In this document: positions 12,942 through 27,141 of the stretch, piece by piece | How positions within the stretch are numbered: position 1 is the stretch's first letter | Layout of the letters: every line of letters starts with the position of its first letter | Origin: Octopus vulgaris | Taxonomy: Eukaryota | Assembly: GCA_951406725.2 (NCBI GenBank) | Contig: OX597837.1 | Coordinates: 25,234,001-25,298,000 of the forward strand | Direction of reading: 5' to 3' | DNA: 64,000 bases | The notes under the pieces: model-generated | What the model saw: the letters and a program-made list of their open reading frames with translations, nothing else | What the model was told of the DNA's origin: nothing | Databases searched by the model: none | Translations under genes and position numbers: made by a program

Positions 12942-13361
12942 GGCGGCGAGCCGGCAGAAACGCTAGCACGCCGGGCAAAATGCCTAGCGGTATTTCGTCT
13001 GCCATTACGTTGTGAGTTCAAATTCCGCCGAGGTCGACTTTGCCTTTCATCCTTTTCGGAGTCGATAAATTAAGTACCAGTTACGCATTGGGGGTCGATG
13101 TAATCGACTTAATCCCTTTGTCTGTCTTTGTTTGTCCACTCTATGTTTAGCCCCTTGTGGGTAATAAAGAAATAGGTATTTCGTCTGCCGTTACGTTGTG
13201 AGTTCAAATTCCGCCGAGGTCGACTTTGCCTTTCATCCTTTTCGGGGTCGATAAATTAGGTACCAGTTACGCATTGAGGGTCGATGTAATCGACTTAATC
13301 CCTTTGTCTGTCCTTGTTTGTCCACTCTATGTTTAGCCCCTTGTGGGTAGTAAAGAAATAG
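12942..13361 (+). mobile_element. tRNA-derived SINE (Meta/MESC-like core), dimeric
   Basis: A-box GGCAGAA..G and B-box GAGTTCAAATTC; core GCCTTTCATCCTTT.GGGGTCGATAAA. A second 186-bp head-less unit starts at 13175. TSD GTGCATAA. Confidence 0.8.
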
Positions 13362-13980
13362 GTGCATAAAGATGTGCTAAGCTCTAATTGTAGAGGGTAC
13401 CTGTGTAAGGGGTAGACCCGGAATACATGGGACAAAGTGGTGAGACAGGATCTTTGGACACTGGGCCTCACTGAAGAAATGGCAAGAGACCGGGAGATGT
13501 GGTAATTTGCTGTACTTGAGAAAGACACATCAAGCTAAGTAAAATCGCTGTCTTTCACACATACAGGCTTGTTCTTTCAGGTGCTGGAGTCACTTAAAAA
13601 GCACCTGTGCCGGTGCTGCGTTAACACACCTGTGCTGGTGCTGTGTAAACGCGCTCATGACAGTGATGTACAAAAAGCACCCTGCACACCCTGTTAAGTG
13701 GTTGGTGTTAAGAAGGGTATCCAGCCATAGAAACCATGCCACAACAGACAGTTGGAGTCTAGACAGCTCTCTGTTAGCCAGCGCCATGTCAAATCATGTA
13801 ACCCATGCCAGTATGGAGACTGGACATTAAACGATGATGATGATTAAGCATTGCAATCACTAAGAGTTCCTGCAGAGGACATGGACATCAATGACCATTT
13901 TGCCTTTCCTCTCCAAACTATTTTAGACGTCTGAAGAACATTATGCCAATGTATCTTGGCCCTTCGTTAAAGCAACTTAA

Positions 13981-14202
13981 CCCTTTAGTGTTTAAACTGG
14001 CCAAATCCGGCCCAATTTATTCTACATATTTTATATTCAAACTGGCCATATCTAGCCTCTCACACCTAACCTACAGTGACATTCTAAAAATAAACAATCA
14101 CATCATTGAAACCTCAAAGCTATAGGGTAATGCATGATTAATTCAAAACAATTTCAATAAAAAAGCATTATTTTTTAACAGAGTAATCTGAACACTAAAG
14201 GG
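13981..14202. mobile_element. piggyBac-like MITE, second family
   Basis: TTAA|CCCTTTAGTGTT ... AACACTAAAGGG|TTAA. Copies at 43675-43892 and 62187-62407; interrupted copies at 3558-4444 and 21496-22097. Confidence 0.75.
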
Positions 14203-14679
14203 TTAAACATAATGTACAACTTCTGATTTTACATTCTCTTGAAATAATTGTCAATTTACTTAGCTTACAAGTAATTAAAGACTTCTGATATAGGCACAAA
14301 ACCATAATTCTGTTGTGGGGAGAACGGTGGACTATATCAACCATAGTATTTGATTGACGTGTAGTTATTTTATTGACCCACAAATGATGAAGAACAAAGT
14401 CAATTCTAGCATGGTTTGAACTCACAATGTAAAAAGATGAGACTAAAAATTAATTACTCATAAGTCATTGACGCAATATAATTATTAATTTGCATAAAGG
14501 ATTAGTTTATACTAGACATCAATTCACTCAATACAGCTATTAGTCTATATAAGATTATTAATTTATATAATTATCATCATCATCATCATGAGTATCATCA
14601 TAATATTGTTATATGTGAAAGGAAAAACAAAAGAAGGATAAAATCAGAACTGAGGTAAATGATGCACTGATCGACCTAC

Positions 14680-14838
14680 CTTTAGCATTCAAATAGGAAT
14701 TCTGGGATATGAGATTAAATGATAAGTTGTTTCTGTAGGCAAGGGACTGGTTTGGCATGAGGTAGTTAAGTAAAGTTTCCATTTTATCAAGGCGATTCAG
14801 CATGTTTTCCAGCAGTACAGCAATTGTTTTCTTCAGAT
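14680..14838 (-). CDS. MGAT5: MGAT5-like coding exon 3
   Basis: ctgttag|(D)LKKTIAVLLENMLNRLDKMETLL...YLNAK+G|gtaggt, 159 nt, phase 1-1. Resembles MGAT5 DLKKTLAVLLDNILQRIGKLE. Confidence 0.93.
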
Positions 14839-15087
14839 CTAACAGCAAAACACAGAGAGAGAAAAATATATCTGAGAGAGAAAAAGTGAGGATAAAATAT
14901 ACAGCGATGTGAGTAGAGCTGATAGATTTATAAGCTATAGATTCAAAGCCGTTCATTGATGTTGTGCTGTGCTTTTAGCCAATACTCTACCCAATTATAG
15001 CCAGAGTTAATCTATTTTGGAAAACAGCATCACAGACAAGATGCAGTGACCTCTAGGCTCAAGATATATTGTGCACTATAATTCAAC

Positions 15088-15475
15088 TCTATATATAAAG
15101 CTGAAGTTGTCTGTGTGTGGCAGGTTTGGTAGCCTTCAACTAACACTATCTCCTCCGAGACCCTGCAGCGCAAGTTCACCAAAATTGAGAGTATGATAGA
15201 AGAAGGCTTGCTCTTCCTTCTGTAGAAGAAAAAATTCAAATTGGACCATGTTAACACCAAAAATTACTTACATTAAAAAGGTGCTTTTTTCTATGAAAAT
15301 CCCTATTTTTTTACAATTTTTTTACTGTTGTGTCGCCATTTTTCGGTGTATTTCAACCAGAAAAATGTTCACTTAAAGAGAATAACAAGCTACATGATGC
15401 AAAATTTTTACTTTACAAAAATTCCAATTCTAAAGGGTCGAAACAAACCCGAGCAATGCCGGGCGATACTGCTAG
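15088..15475 (+). mobile_element. Non-autonomous Helitron-like element
   Basis: 5' TCTATATATAAAG; 3' hairpin CCCGAGCAATGCCGGG then GATACTGCTAG|T. Confidence 0.7.
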
Positions 15476-17566
15476 TCTTAGAAACTAGAAAAAAAATGTC
15501 ATGAGCAGCATCCGCAACCCCTTTTATTTTCTGACAAAGTGATATATATAACCCCACCACACACCAGTATGGTGCCAATATGCAGGCTAGGCATCCATTC
15601 TTAGGAAAACTTCCTTTTCCCCACATGCTGGTCTTAGAAACTAGAAAAAATAACTGGGAAGAAATGGATTGTTTGATGTAAGGATGAACCTACAGGTAAC
15701 AAAAATCTCAACTAACAATAATAAAATGAATGATATATTACCAGCTGTTTTAGACAGAGCTAGCAATGTTCATGTTATCAATGTGCGAAATACAGGTCAA
15801 ATGCAGTAACTTCTTTGCTGTTCACTTTTAGTTAATTGTTCCCAGGAGAGTAAGAATTAATTTTGATACAAGGAGTGGTGAAGATGACTATGTTAAATAT
15901 ATGTAAGACTATGTTAAATATATGTAGGGTTAAGTGGGGTGAATACAGCTGAAAGGAAAGAAACAGAGATAAAGATTTTTTTTAATATAATATTTCTGGA
16001 ACTGGATATGTCACTATATTCTCAGTAGATGTGTTGATACTTGGTATATTTGGTGAATAATAAAACTGCAATAAAGCAGATGCCTGCACAACTGGAATTA
16101 ACAAATCACCAGAAGGAAGAAGGACTAATATAATCCATACTATCTACGTTAAATGATTGAGATATTTTAGTCTAGGATATTAATTTTAGCCACAGCAGAA
16201 AATTCTAAATGCTATCAGGAAATATTGTGCCATAGTGCATGGAATGGAAAAAAGTTTGCAACTCTTGCGATTTTGTGAGGGTAGGTTTACCATTTATGAC
16301 ACAAATCTGAGCAAGATTATAACTATGTAATTAAGAGGTCTACCACATGCTTTAGGGTTCAATTCCAATGTGAAGCCTCTTGGGCAAGAGTCTTCTACAA
16401 TAGCTTCAAGTAGACCTAAATCTTTTGAGTGAAATATAATGGAAGGGAAGTGTGTGGAAGTTCATCTTTCCCATTCTTGAGTAGTGGTCTTCATTCATGA
16501 CTTGGGTTAATACTAACACCTGGTCCCTTGAATGTCTGTAACTACACCCAGTATGGTGCCAGTGTGCAGGCTAGGCATCCATTCTTAGGAAAACTTCCTT
16601 TTCCCCACATGCTGGTCTTAGAAACTAGAAAAAAAAGGGTCATGAGCAGCATCCACAACCCCTTTTTTTTTCCGACAAAGTGATATATATATTTCTTTAT
16701 TGCCCACAGGGGGCTAAACACAGAGGGGACAAACGGATTAAGTCGGTTACATTGACCCCAGTGCATAACTGGTACTTAATTTATCGACTCCGAAAGGATG
16801 AAAGGCAAAGTTGATCTCGGCGGAATTTGAACTTAGAACGTAACGGCAACCGAAATATCGCTAAGCATTTCGCCCGACGTGCTAACGATTCTGCCAGCTC
16901 GCCACCCTATATAAATGATATATATATAACACCCCACCACCACCACCACCACCACCACCACACACACACACAAACATAGAGTATAGAAAGGTAGTGATAT
17001 CAAAGTCTTCTTCCTCCATTGCTGGTTTGGATAACAGAAATAGTACCAGGAGCAACTGACATCATGGATCAAAGCTGCTTTTTGATACCAACCTGCTTGA
17101 AACCACCCCTGGTTTTGAAACAAATTTCTTGTTATAAAGTGATCTAAAACCTTTCATATTTGATTTCATGTAAATTTATGTTCCAAAGACCAACTTAATA
17201 ATTGGCAAAGTTATTTTACTAAATCCTTTAATGTTTTCAAAATTAATTGAGGCAAAGACAGTTTTTTTGGAAAGAAATATGGTAACAAAAGGGTAAGAAC
17301 TAGAGAGGAACTAAACTTTGGTGCATGTCTCTGTGACAAATGGTGAGGAATCCGCAGCCTTAAGGCTGCAATGAGACCTTTTAGGGTACTAGTTGCATTA
17401 TTTTGGCCCTGTTAAAATTTCTTTGAGGAATTAATTTTCCTCACCATATAAATTTTTTTTTGGGGTTAGATTACTGAAATCTCGATCCCAGAGATTTATA
17501 TTGAATATCCAAAACTTATTTGCACCAATTTCAATAACAGAAATATATATTTTATCCCTACATATA

Positions 17567-17982
17567 GGCGCAGGAGTGGCTGTGTGGTAAGTAGCTTGCT
17601 AACCAACCATATGGTTCCGGGTTCAGTCCCACTGCGTGGCACCTTGGGCAAGTGTCTTCTGCTATAGCCCCGGGCCGACCAATGCCTTGTGAGTGGATTT
17701 GGTAGACGGAAACTGAAAGAAGCCTGTCGTATATATGTGTGTATATATATATATATATGTATGTGTGTGGGTACTTGTGTGTCTGTGTTTGTCCCCCTAG
17801 CATTGCTTGACAACCAATGCTGGTGTGTTTACGTCCCCGTCACTTAGCGGTTCGGCAAAAGAGACTGATAGAATAAGTACTGGGCTTACAAAGAATAAGT
17901 CCCGGGGTCGATTTGCTCGACTAAAGGCGGTGCTCCAGCATGGCCGCAGTCAAATGACTGAAACAAGTAAAAGAGTAAAGAG
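17567..17982 (+). mobile_element. tRNA-derived SINE with internal (TA)n(TG)n and (GAGTAAAA)n tail (most abundant family here)
   Basis: A-box TGGCTGTGTGGT, B-box GGTTCAGTCCC, CCTTGGGCAAGT. Copies at 24240-24628, 29759-30146, 32220-32669, 34388-34794, 45937-46374, 55328-55715 and 63732-64000 (+); 22124-22917, 35353-35748, 36612-37014, 54125-54501 and 63365-63529 (-). Confidence 0.85.
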
Positions 17983-18839
17983 TATATATCATCATCATTG
18001 TTTAACGTCCGTTTTCCATGCTAGCCTGGGTCGGACGGTTTGACTGGGGTCTGGGAAGCCAGGAGGCTGCACCAGGCTCCAGTCTGATCTGAGGCAATGT
18101 TTCTACAGCTGGATGACCTTCCTAACGCCAACCACTCTGTGAGTGTAGAGGGTGCTTTTTATGTGCCATCAGCACAGGGGCCAGAGAGGTCTGGCAAACG
18201 GCCACGATCAGTTGGTGCTTTTACGTGTCACCGACATGGACGCCAGTCAGGTGGTGCTGGCATCTGCCCCGTTCGGACTGTGCTTTTTATGTGTCACCGG
18301 CACAGGTATCTTAACTACAATTTCCATTTGCTTTTTGATGATGATGTTGGTATTAACGTACTTGACTCAATAGGTCTCCTCTATTTATTTTAGGGATACA
18401 AATACATGAAGTACTGTGCTGAAAATACAAGACGTTAGCAACATCTGGGTTAAATAAAATGGTTTTCCAATGAGAAAAGGTTTCTCACACTAAAAGAAGC
18501 CTCTCTGAGGTCACCCAATCTTCTAGAAATAGCAGCCAAGTCTCCTTCATTCTCTCATGTCAACTCTATTGTCTTAAAAATAGGAAAAGATTCATTCAAT
18601 AATATAAACTCAGTACATCTGGGGGAAAAAGGGAGATGGTACAATCACAGTTAAAATGTCTTTCATCAAAGATTGATTCCATTAGCATCATCCACCTGGT
18701 CAAAACAGTAACCGTATTCTAACTGCTGCAAATTTAGTGTCTAAGTTTTCCTGGAAATAAATAGGATGTCTTATATGAATCCAACTGAATTACTGCAACA
18801 AGAACCAAAAATGTCAAGGAGGCTGCAAAAATATCTTAC

Positions 18840-18939
18840 CATAAGCAGTAAATCTACCAGCATAAGGACCATCAACAACTCCATTACTCTCCTGAGCTAA
18901 TGCACGGACATATTTCTCACTCAGCTTAATAATGTCATT
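18840..18939 (-). CDS. MGAT5: MGAT5-like coding exon 2
   Basis: ttaacag|NDIIKLSEKYVRALAQESNGVVDGPYAGRFTAY+G|gtaaga, 100 nt. Resembles MGAT5 EQILDLSKRYIKALAEENRNVVDGPYAG..TAY (recalled). Not in the ORF track. Confidence 0.93.
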
Positions 18940-19019
18940 CTGTTAAATAAAAGAAAAATAATATTAACAAAAGCAATAGAAATAGTTGGTTGTTATATAA
19001 ATACAATTTTTTTTATTTA

Positions 19020-19478
19020 TTCATATCAAGTCCCAAACAAGGTAAACAGCCACTTAGTGCATGGGACTATGATGAAAGAGAAATTAAGACAAAAGTAATG
19101 AATTTACTTTAGACTGGGAAGAGTTCAGGTCATAAGAGGGAAAACAATGAGATAGAAGAGAGTTCCAAAGTCTGGCAGTTCGAGGAAATAAGCTATGACT
19201 GTAGAAAGACTATCTTATTCATGGAAGCACAATAACACTTGGATGAAGTTGCTGTGAGTTTTGAGTCAGATGAGATGGCACAAAGTGTTCGGGAACCAAG
19301 AGAGAAAGTTCATCAGAGCACTTCCTAGGGTAACAACGACAGATAAGACTAAGACTGGTGATATCTTATCGATGTGAGAAGGGTTGAAAGAGTTGAAGAG
19401 AGAGACCAATCAAATTAAAGACTCGTTTCTGAACTCGGTCAAGTAGGTCCAAGTAACAAGATGGTGCACCTGCTCAAA
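19020..19478 (-). mobile_element. Decayed LINE (CR1/L2/Jockey-type) 3' end
   Basis: Minus-strand FYSHSLFPRTARLWNSL motif; otherwise decayed. Boundaries are approximate. Confidence 0.5.
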
Positions 19479-22123
19479 TATCATCATCATCATCATCATT
19501 TAGCATCCGCTTTCTATGCTGGCATGGGTTGGACGGTTCAACTGGGATCTGGGAAGCCAGAAGGCTGCACCAGGTCCAGTCTGATCTGGCAATGTTTCTA
19601 CAGCTGGATGCCCTTCCTAACGCCAACCACTCCATGAGTGTAGTGGGTGCTTTTTATGTGCCAGACGAGGCTGGCAAACGGCCACGATTGGATGGACAAC
19701 AGTATTCCATACAAATAAAAATTGCAGATTTGTACAGATACAAAATAGCTTCAGATGTGAGGTAGTACTTTAAACTATACAAAGACCTCCCCATCTTATG
19801 GAAAGCAAACCTAACAACTGACCCTAACCACTAAGTGTAGTTTAGTGGTTAGGGTCTTCAACTCACAATTGTATAGTTGTGAGTTCAATTCCTGGCGGCA
19901 TGCTGTGTTCTTGAGCAAAACATTTTATTTTATATTGCTCCAGTCCACTCAGCTGGCAAAAATGAAGAGTACCTGTATATCAAAGGGCTGGCCTAGTCAC
20001 ATTCTGTGTCATGCTGAATGTACCTGAGAACTACAGGTAACTACACGGTGTAATTACTTGAAATTCTTTGTTATGGACTGGAGAATTAGACTAAACAGGA
20101 GAAGGGTGTGTACTAATTAGCTGAGCTCTAGCAGACATGTACCTGTTAAATTTATCATAGCTAAACTTTCACTTTGTTGATAACATCACTTTATAATGAC
20201 TTGCAAGGTTCTTAGAAATCATTCATCTATACCCAGTTTTCTTATTGACTAATGGACTACAAAGATTGGTAAGTAAGTAAGTAAACTCCCTAGATGGTAT
20301 CGGCGGAGAGCTGGCAGAACCGTTAGCACGCCGGGCGAAATGCTTAGCAGTATTTCGTCTGCGTTACGTTGTGAGTTCAAATTCCGCCGAGGTCGACTTT
20401 GCCTTTCATCCTTTCGGAGTCGATAAATTAAGTACCAGTTACGCACTGGGGTCGATGTAATCGACTTAATACCTATGTCTGTCCTTGTTTGTCCCCTCTG
20501 TGTTTAGCTCCTTGTGGGTAATAAAGAAATAGGTAACTGGAGGGGAAGATTGTCCTCTCAACCAATATGCTGCCATAGGTGCCGCTGGATGACGGGCTGT
20601 GGTGATGATGTTATTCCATGCTTTCCAATCCATGACGCCAGCCTCAGCATGCTTGAGGTCAAGGTGCTGCGACTTCAGGTCTTCTTTAATTTCCATGGGT
20701 CACTGCCACCAAAAAAAGTTGGTGTGGTAGTCTTCCATTGCTCATCCTGCAGATGTTGCTAAACTACTGTAGCCTGTAACTGAGATATAATGGTTTTCTC
20801 TTGGCTAAGAACTTCAGCAGTTGTCACACTAAAAAGAGAGAACATCAGTGGTACTTAATCTTCACACATGCTGCATCTTATCTCAGCTAGTTCTGTTCTT
20901 GGATGCTTCTAACTTTCTATGACACTTTCATGACTTGGTCCATTAGTCTAATGCCTCTGTAGTGACTTCTTTCTAAACATACCTCTTTGCTATTCTACCA
21001 GGTGATGATGTTAAGCTAGCCAGAGGGAGATACAACTTCCTTGCACTACCTGACTGATTAAACCCTTAACCATTCTATCAACTACTACACCTGATATTTT
21101 CATCATCTTTAATGGGTTCACTTGATTTCTTGCTTTCATATCCTTCTGAAACCCTCTTCGATCACGACACTGACCATGGGATTGCACCTAGAAAGTTACC
21201 CTCCCAGGCACAAGTCCAGGCAAGGTTGTTTATGCAAGACCAGCAGTTGCCCATGTATACCGACCTCCCCTCTCCACGCCATAGTGTTATCCAAGGGAAA
21301 GGCAAAGGGGCCGATGCAGCTTGGCACCAGTGACGTCGCAACTCTTTTCTACAGCTGAGTGAACTAGAGCAACGTGAAATAAAGTATCTTGCTCAAGAAC
21401 ACAACACGCAGCCTGGTCCGGGATTTGAGCTCACAACCTCACGATCGTAAGCTCGAAGCTCTAACCACTGAGCCATGTGCCTTTCATATCCTTAACCCCT
21501 TAGCATTCAAACCAACCATATCTGCCCTAAATATTCTACTTGTTTTATGTTCAAACCAGCCAGATGCAACCTCTCACACCTACCCTACAATGTCCTAAAT
21601 ATAAGTGTTCACACTTTTGAATGTTGGGCTTCATGGAGGTGAAAGATGAGGTGGTGAGGCATGATCTTAAAATGTTGGGTTTCACAAAGGTGATGACAAG
21701 TGGTATGTTGTGTTTAAGAAGGCTCGTCAAGCCAAGTGAAACTGTAGTCATGGCCATTGCCAGTGTCATGTAAATGGAACCTGTGCTGGTGGCATGTAAA
21801 ACTCACCCATTACATTCTTGGAGTGGTTGGTGTTAGATAGGGCATCCAGCTGTAGAAACAATGCCAAATTAGGCTGGAACCTGGTGCAGCTCTCCAGCTT
21901 ACCAGTTTCAGACAAACTGTGCCAAACCTATGCTAGCATGGAAAGTGGACATTAAATTACGATGATGATGATGATAATGATGATGATGATGATGATGGTG
22001 ATAACATCATGAAAATCTCAAAGCTGATGCATAATTAATTCAAAACAATGTGAATAAATAGGCATAAATTCGACAGAATAATCTGAATGCTAAAGGGTTA
22101 ATGGCTATCTCTCTCTCTCTCTC

Positions 22124-22917
<794 letters not shown>

Positions 22918-24994
22918 CTATCTCTATCCATCCTTTCTACAAGTCAACCTTAATAGCTGATCCTTTTGTTTTGGAGCACTTGGAACAAGTCCTCTTTTCC
23001 CTACACATTGACAGTGTCCTACATTCCTTGTGATATTCTTTCCATTCTTCCTCTCAGCATTGGTGAATTCAAGTATTATACTAACATTCTGTAATATGAG
23101 GGAGAAAGTGTGATTCACCCACCTCTCAGTGTCGGCTGTGCAGCTGGGTTTAAATCTGAGACACACCCTACTTGTCTGACCTATTATAAGAACCTATGCT
23201 AATTCCCTTTCTAGCTCACATGTCTACACATGTCCGTCCACTCCTACTTCTGCCCACATCCTCACTCATTCTTCCTCTTCCGGTAGGGCCCCACAGCCAT
23301 TGACGTCACTGACCCTTTCCTTCGGATGATGATGATGATGATGACAGCATGAAAATCTCAAAGCTGCAAGATGATGCAGGGTTAATCAAAACAATGTGAA
23401 TAAATAAGCATTAAATTTGACAGAATAATTTGAATGCTAATGGGTTAATGGTTATCTCTATCCAACCTTTCTACAAGTCAAATTCAATTGCTGGTCCCTT
23501 TGTCTCAAAGCACTTGGAACAAGTCCTCTTTTCCCTACGCATTCTCAGTGTCCTACATTCCTTTTGATATTCTTTCCATTCTTCTGCTCAGCATCAGTGA
23601 ATCCAAGTATCTTACTAACATTCTAAAGATATCTTTCAGTTTTGAGCTCTTGACTTAAACCAGTGATTCTCAACAGGGCTGTCTATATAAGAGTGTCGTT
23701 AAAATTAATGCACCATAAATTGCTTATATGTCAATCATACATAGACTGAGAAAACATAATTTGTTCACACAAAATGACCAGAGACAACAGATATAAATCA
23801 AGTTTGAATAATAGGCTTCCTAAAAAATTTGAAACCCTGACTCCAAACTACAGTATACTAACACCATACAAGATCTCAGACACCAGTTGCTGATGTCACC
23901 CCAGACTGAACCAATGAGATTGGTTTCTGGTCAAAACTGGACCATCAGGGTAAAAACAAATAAATATTGAATCAACTGGACCAGTGGCTTCTTAAGGGAA
24001 TCAACCAACTGAAAATTTTGCATGAAAATCAGGCAAAAACAGGTTACCAAGTCCTTCAACAACAACAAAATGATGTAGGTAGAAAATCAATCAACAAGAA
24101 TGCTGAAAAAATATTTGAACAAAGCATGAAAGCAGATGCAACAAAAGAAGTGGGGTCATTAAATTTACAACCAGTCAGAACTTGATCCTTTACTGTAAAC
24201 ACACACACACACACACATTGCTAAATATTAATAAAAATAAGTAGCTTGTTTACCAACCACATGGTTCCGGGTTCATTCCCACTGCGTGGCACCTTGGGCA
24301 AGTGTCTTCTACTATAGCCTCGGGCCGACCAAAGCCTTGTGAGTGGATTTGGTAGACGGAAACTGAAAGAAGCCCGTCGTATATATGTATATATATGCGT
24401 GTGTGTGTTTGTGTGTCTGTGTTTGTCCCCCTAGCATTGCTTGACAACCGATGCTGGTGTGTTTATGTCCCCGTTACTTAGCGGTTCGGCAAAAGAGACC
24501 GATAGAATAAGTACTGGGCTTACAAAAGAATAAGTCCCGGTGTCGAGTTGCTCGATTAAAGGTGGTGCTCCAGCATGGCCGCAGTCAAATGACTGAAACA
24601 AGTAAAAGAGTAAAAGAGTAAAGAGAGTACATTCTTATTTTGAGTCCTATTTTTCCTGTTTGCACCAACATACCTATATTTATGGTGAGAGATTTGCATA
24701 TATTTTGCCTATTTAGGTTAAGCTTGCAGGCCACTCTATTATTATTATTACATTTAACAATGGTGGCGGCGGTGGCGTCATCATCATCATCATTATCATC
24801 ATCATTTAACATCTGTGTTCCATGCTAGCATGGGTAGGATGGTAGGATAGTACCACAAGAGCCGGTCAGGCCGAAGCCTGCTGAAGAGGAAGTACAAGGT
24901 TACCCAGCCAGAGAGAGAGAAAGATCAGGAATGAAGACAGAAACAGGTGTGCTACCACAAAGAAAATACATGGTTGCCCAACCTGAGGGAAGTG

Positions 24995-25025
<31 letters not shown>

Positions 25026-25075
25026 ATGAGAGACCGCAAGATGGAGATGGTGGCAAAATGCTGGGCATGCTCACC

Positions 25076-25505
25076 AGTTAAGTTAAGTTAATTTGGCTCA
25101 AAAAGCAAAAAGCAAGGCCATGTAGGGGGACATGGAGTTATGTACAGGGTGGTGTTCATGCAAAGAGTTCAGGCCATTTCTGGTCAAGAGAGACCTTGAA
25201 CCGAGCGGTCATCGGCATCTTCACTATCTCGTCCGGCAGCTTATTCCACAGATCCGCAACCTGGAAAGAGAAAGCCCCACTCCTTCGATTGAGATGAAAT
25301 CGTCGCAGATAGAGCCTTTCGGAGTGAGCCCGCAGCCGACGTTCTGGAGCAGGAGTGAAGAACAGATCTTTCGAGAGGTTACACTTTCCGCTTATGATGT
25401 TGTGAGCAAGAATGAGATCACCACGATGTCGTCATTTTTCTAGAGAATAAAGGCCGAGTGTCTTCAGCCTTTCTTCATAAGACAAATGCTTGAGACCAGA
25501 GATGG
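25076..25505 (-). mobile_element. CR1-group LINE 3' end
   Basis: Minus-strand GLKHLSYEERLKTLGLYSLEK.RHRGDLI...DLWNKLP..IV...FK; tail (TTAAC)n. Confidence 0.75.
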
Positions 25506-26483
25506 TTGAATAAAGAAAGAGAGAGAGATATAGATAGTAGCAAGTGCCAGGGCATACGCTTGAGGTTCAAATGCCATTATATAAACGGTAAGATATTGTG
25601 AAAGGAGTGCAATTAAAGAGTGCAAGTAAGAAGTGAAAGAGCTGGGTATATGTAAAGTTGGAGAGGCTAGTGGATAGCAAGGATACAGAGGAACAGGGGT
25701 GTCATCATCATCATCTTCATCGTTTAACGTTCGTTTTCCATGCTAGCATGGGTTGGACGGTTCAACTGGGGTCTGGGGAGCCAGTAGGCTGCGCCAGGCC
25801 CAGTCTGATCTGGCAGTGTTTCTACGGCTGGATGCCCTTCCTAATGCCAACCACTCCGTGAGTGTAGTGGGTGCTTTTTACGTGCCACCTGCACAGGTGC
25901 CAGACGAGGCTGGCAACGGCCACAATCCGATGGTGCTTTTTACCTGCCACCGGCATGGAGGCCAGTCGGGAGGACAGGATTAGGGATTGAGAGCTGGGTA
26001 TAGTGAATGAAGGAGGGAATGCAAGAAAGAGATGTAAATTGGTTTGTTGGGGTAGGGTGAAGGAAAAGTTTCCTTGTAACATGTGGGTGGAACGCCCAGG
26101 TCGGGGGCTAGCAGATAGCAATAATAGAGTGAGACAAGGCATGTGGGTAGAACACACAGGTCAGAGGCAAGCAGAGAGCAATGATACAGTGGCCAAGAGG
26201 ACAAGATTGGGAGGTAATCATAGTACATGAAGCGGAAATATGAGGAAGAGAAGGGACGTAGAGGCATAGTTTGGTTTGTTGTGGTAGAGTGTGTAAGAGG
26301 TTTTCTACACAGTGCTTCTAGAACCCAGTTTCGCTGCGGTGGGCAGCTCTTCTCAACAACTTCATATCGCCAAACATCCCAGTCCATGGTCATTTCCTCT
26401 GTGTGGTCCAACTTCCAGAGATCAGTCCTTACCACTTCATCCCATGTTTTCCTGGGATATACATATATATAAACCAGAATGAA

Positions 26484-26514
<31 letters not shown>

Positions 26515-27141
26515 GTGTGTATATGTTTGTGTGTCTGTCCTTGTCCCCCTAGCATTGCTTGACAACCGATGGTGGCGTGTTTGTGTCCCCGTCACTTAGT
26601 GGTTCGGCAAAAGAGACCGACAGAATAAGTACTGTGCTTACAAAGAATAAGTCCCGGGGTCGATTTGCTCGACTAAAGGCGGTACTCCAGCATGGCCGCA
26701 GTCAAATGACTGAAACAAGTAAAAGAGTAAGAGAGAGAGAGCTATTACCTCTGTTGGCAACAAAAGGCCTCTCTCTCAGAATGAATGGTAGACTATATGA
26801 TGCTTGTGTACGAATATATACGACAGGCTTCTTTCAGTTTCCGTCTACCAAATCCACTCACAAGGCATTGGTCGGCCCGGGGCTATAGCAGAAGACACTT
26901 GCCCAAGATGCCACACAGTGGGACTGAACCCGGAACCATGTGGTTGGTAAGCAAGCTACTTACCACTCTCCACCCAATTCTTATGCTAGAAACAATACTT
27001 TCAAAGCATCCTCCACCATTGCTAATTTGATCACCTAGGTAACAGAAACTACCTACAACCTCAAGAGAGCCTCCTGGGCATTGAGAGAATCTAACTCCTG
27101 TGTGCTTTTTGTGCTTATTGTTCCAGCACATCTGCCACATA

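Noticed and set aside
17807-18043. Recurrent short ORFs such as MTTDAGVFTSP.. and MDGSTGVW..
   Set aside because: Conceptual translations of SINE and retroposon copies.
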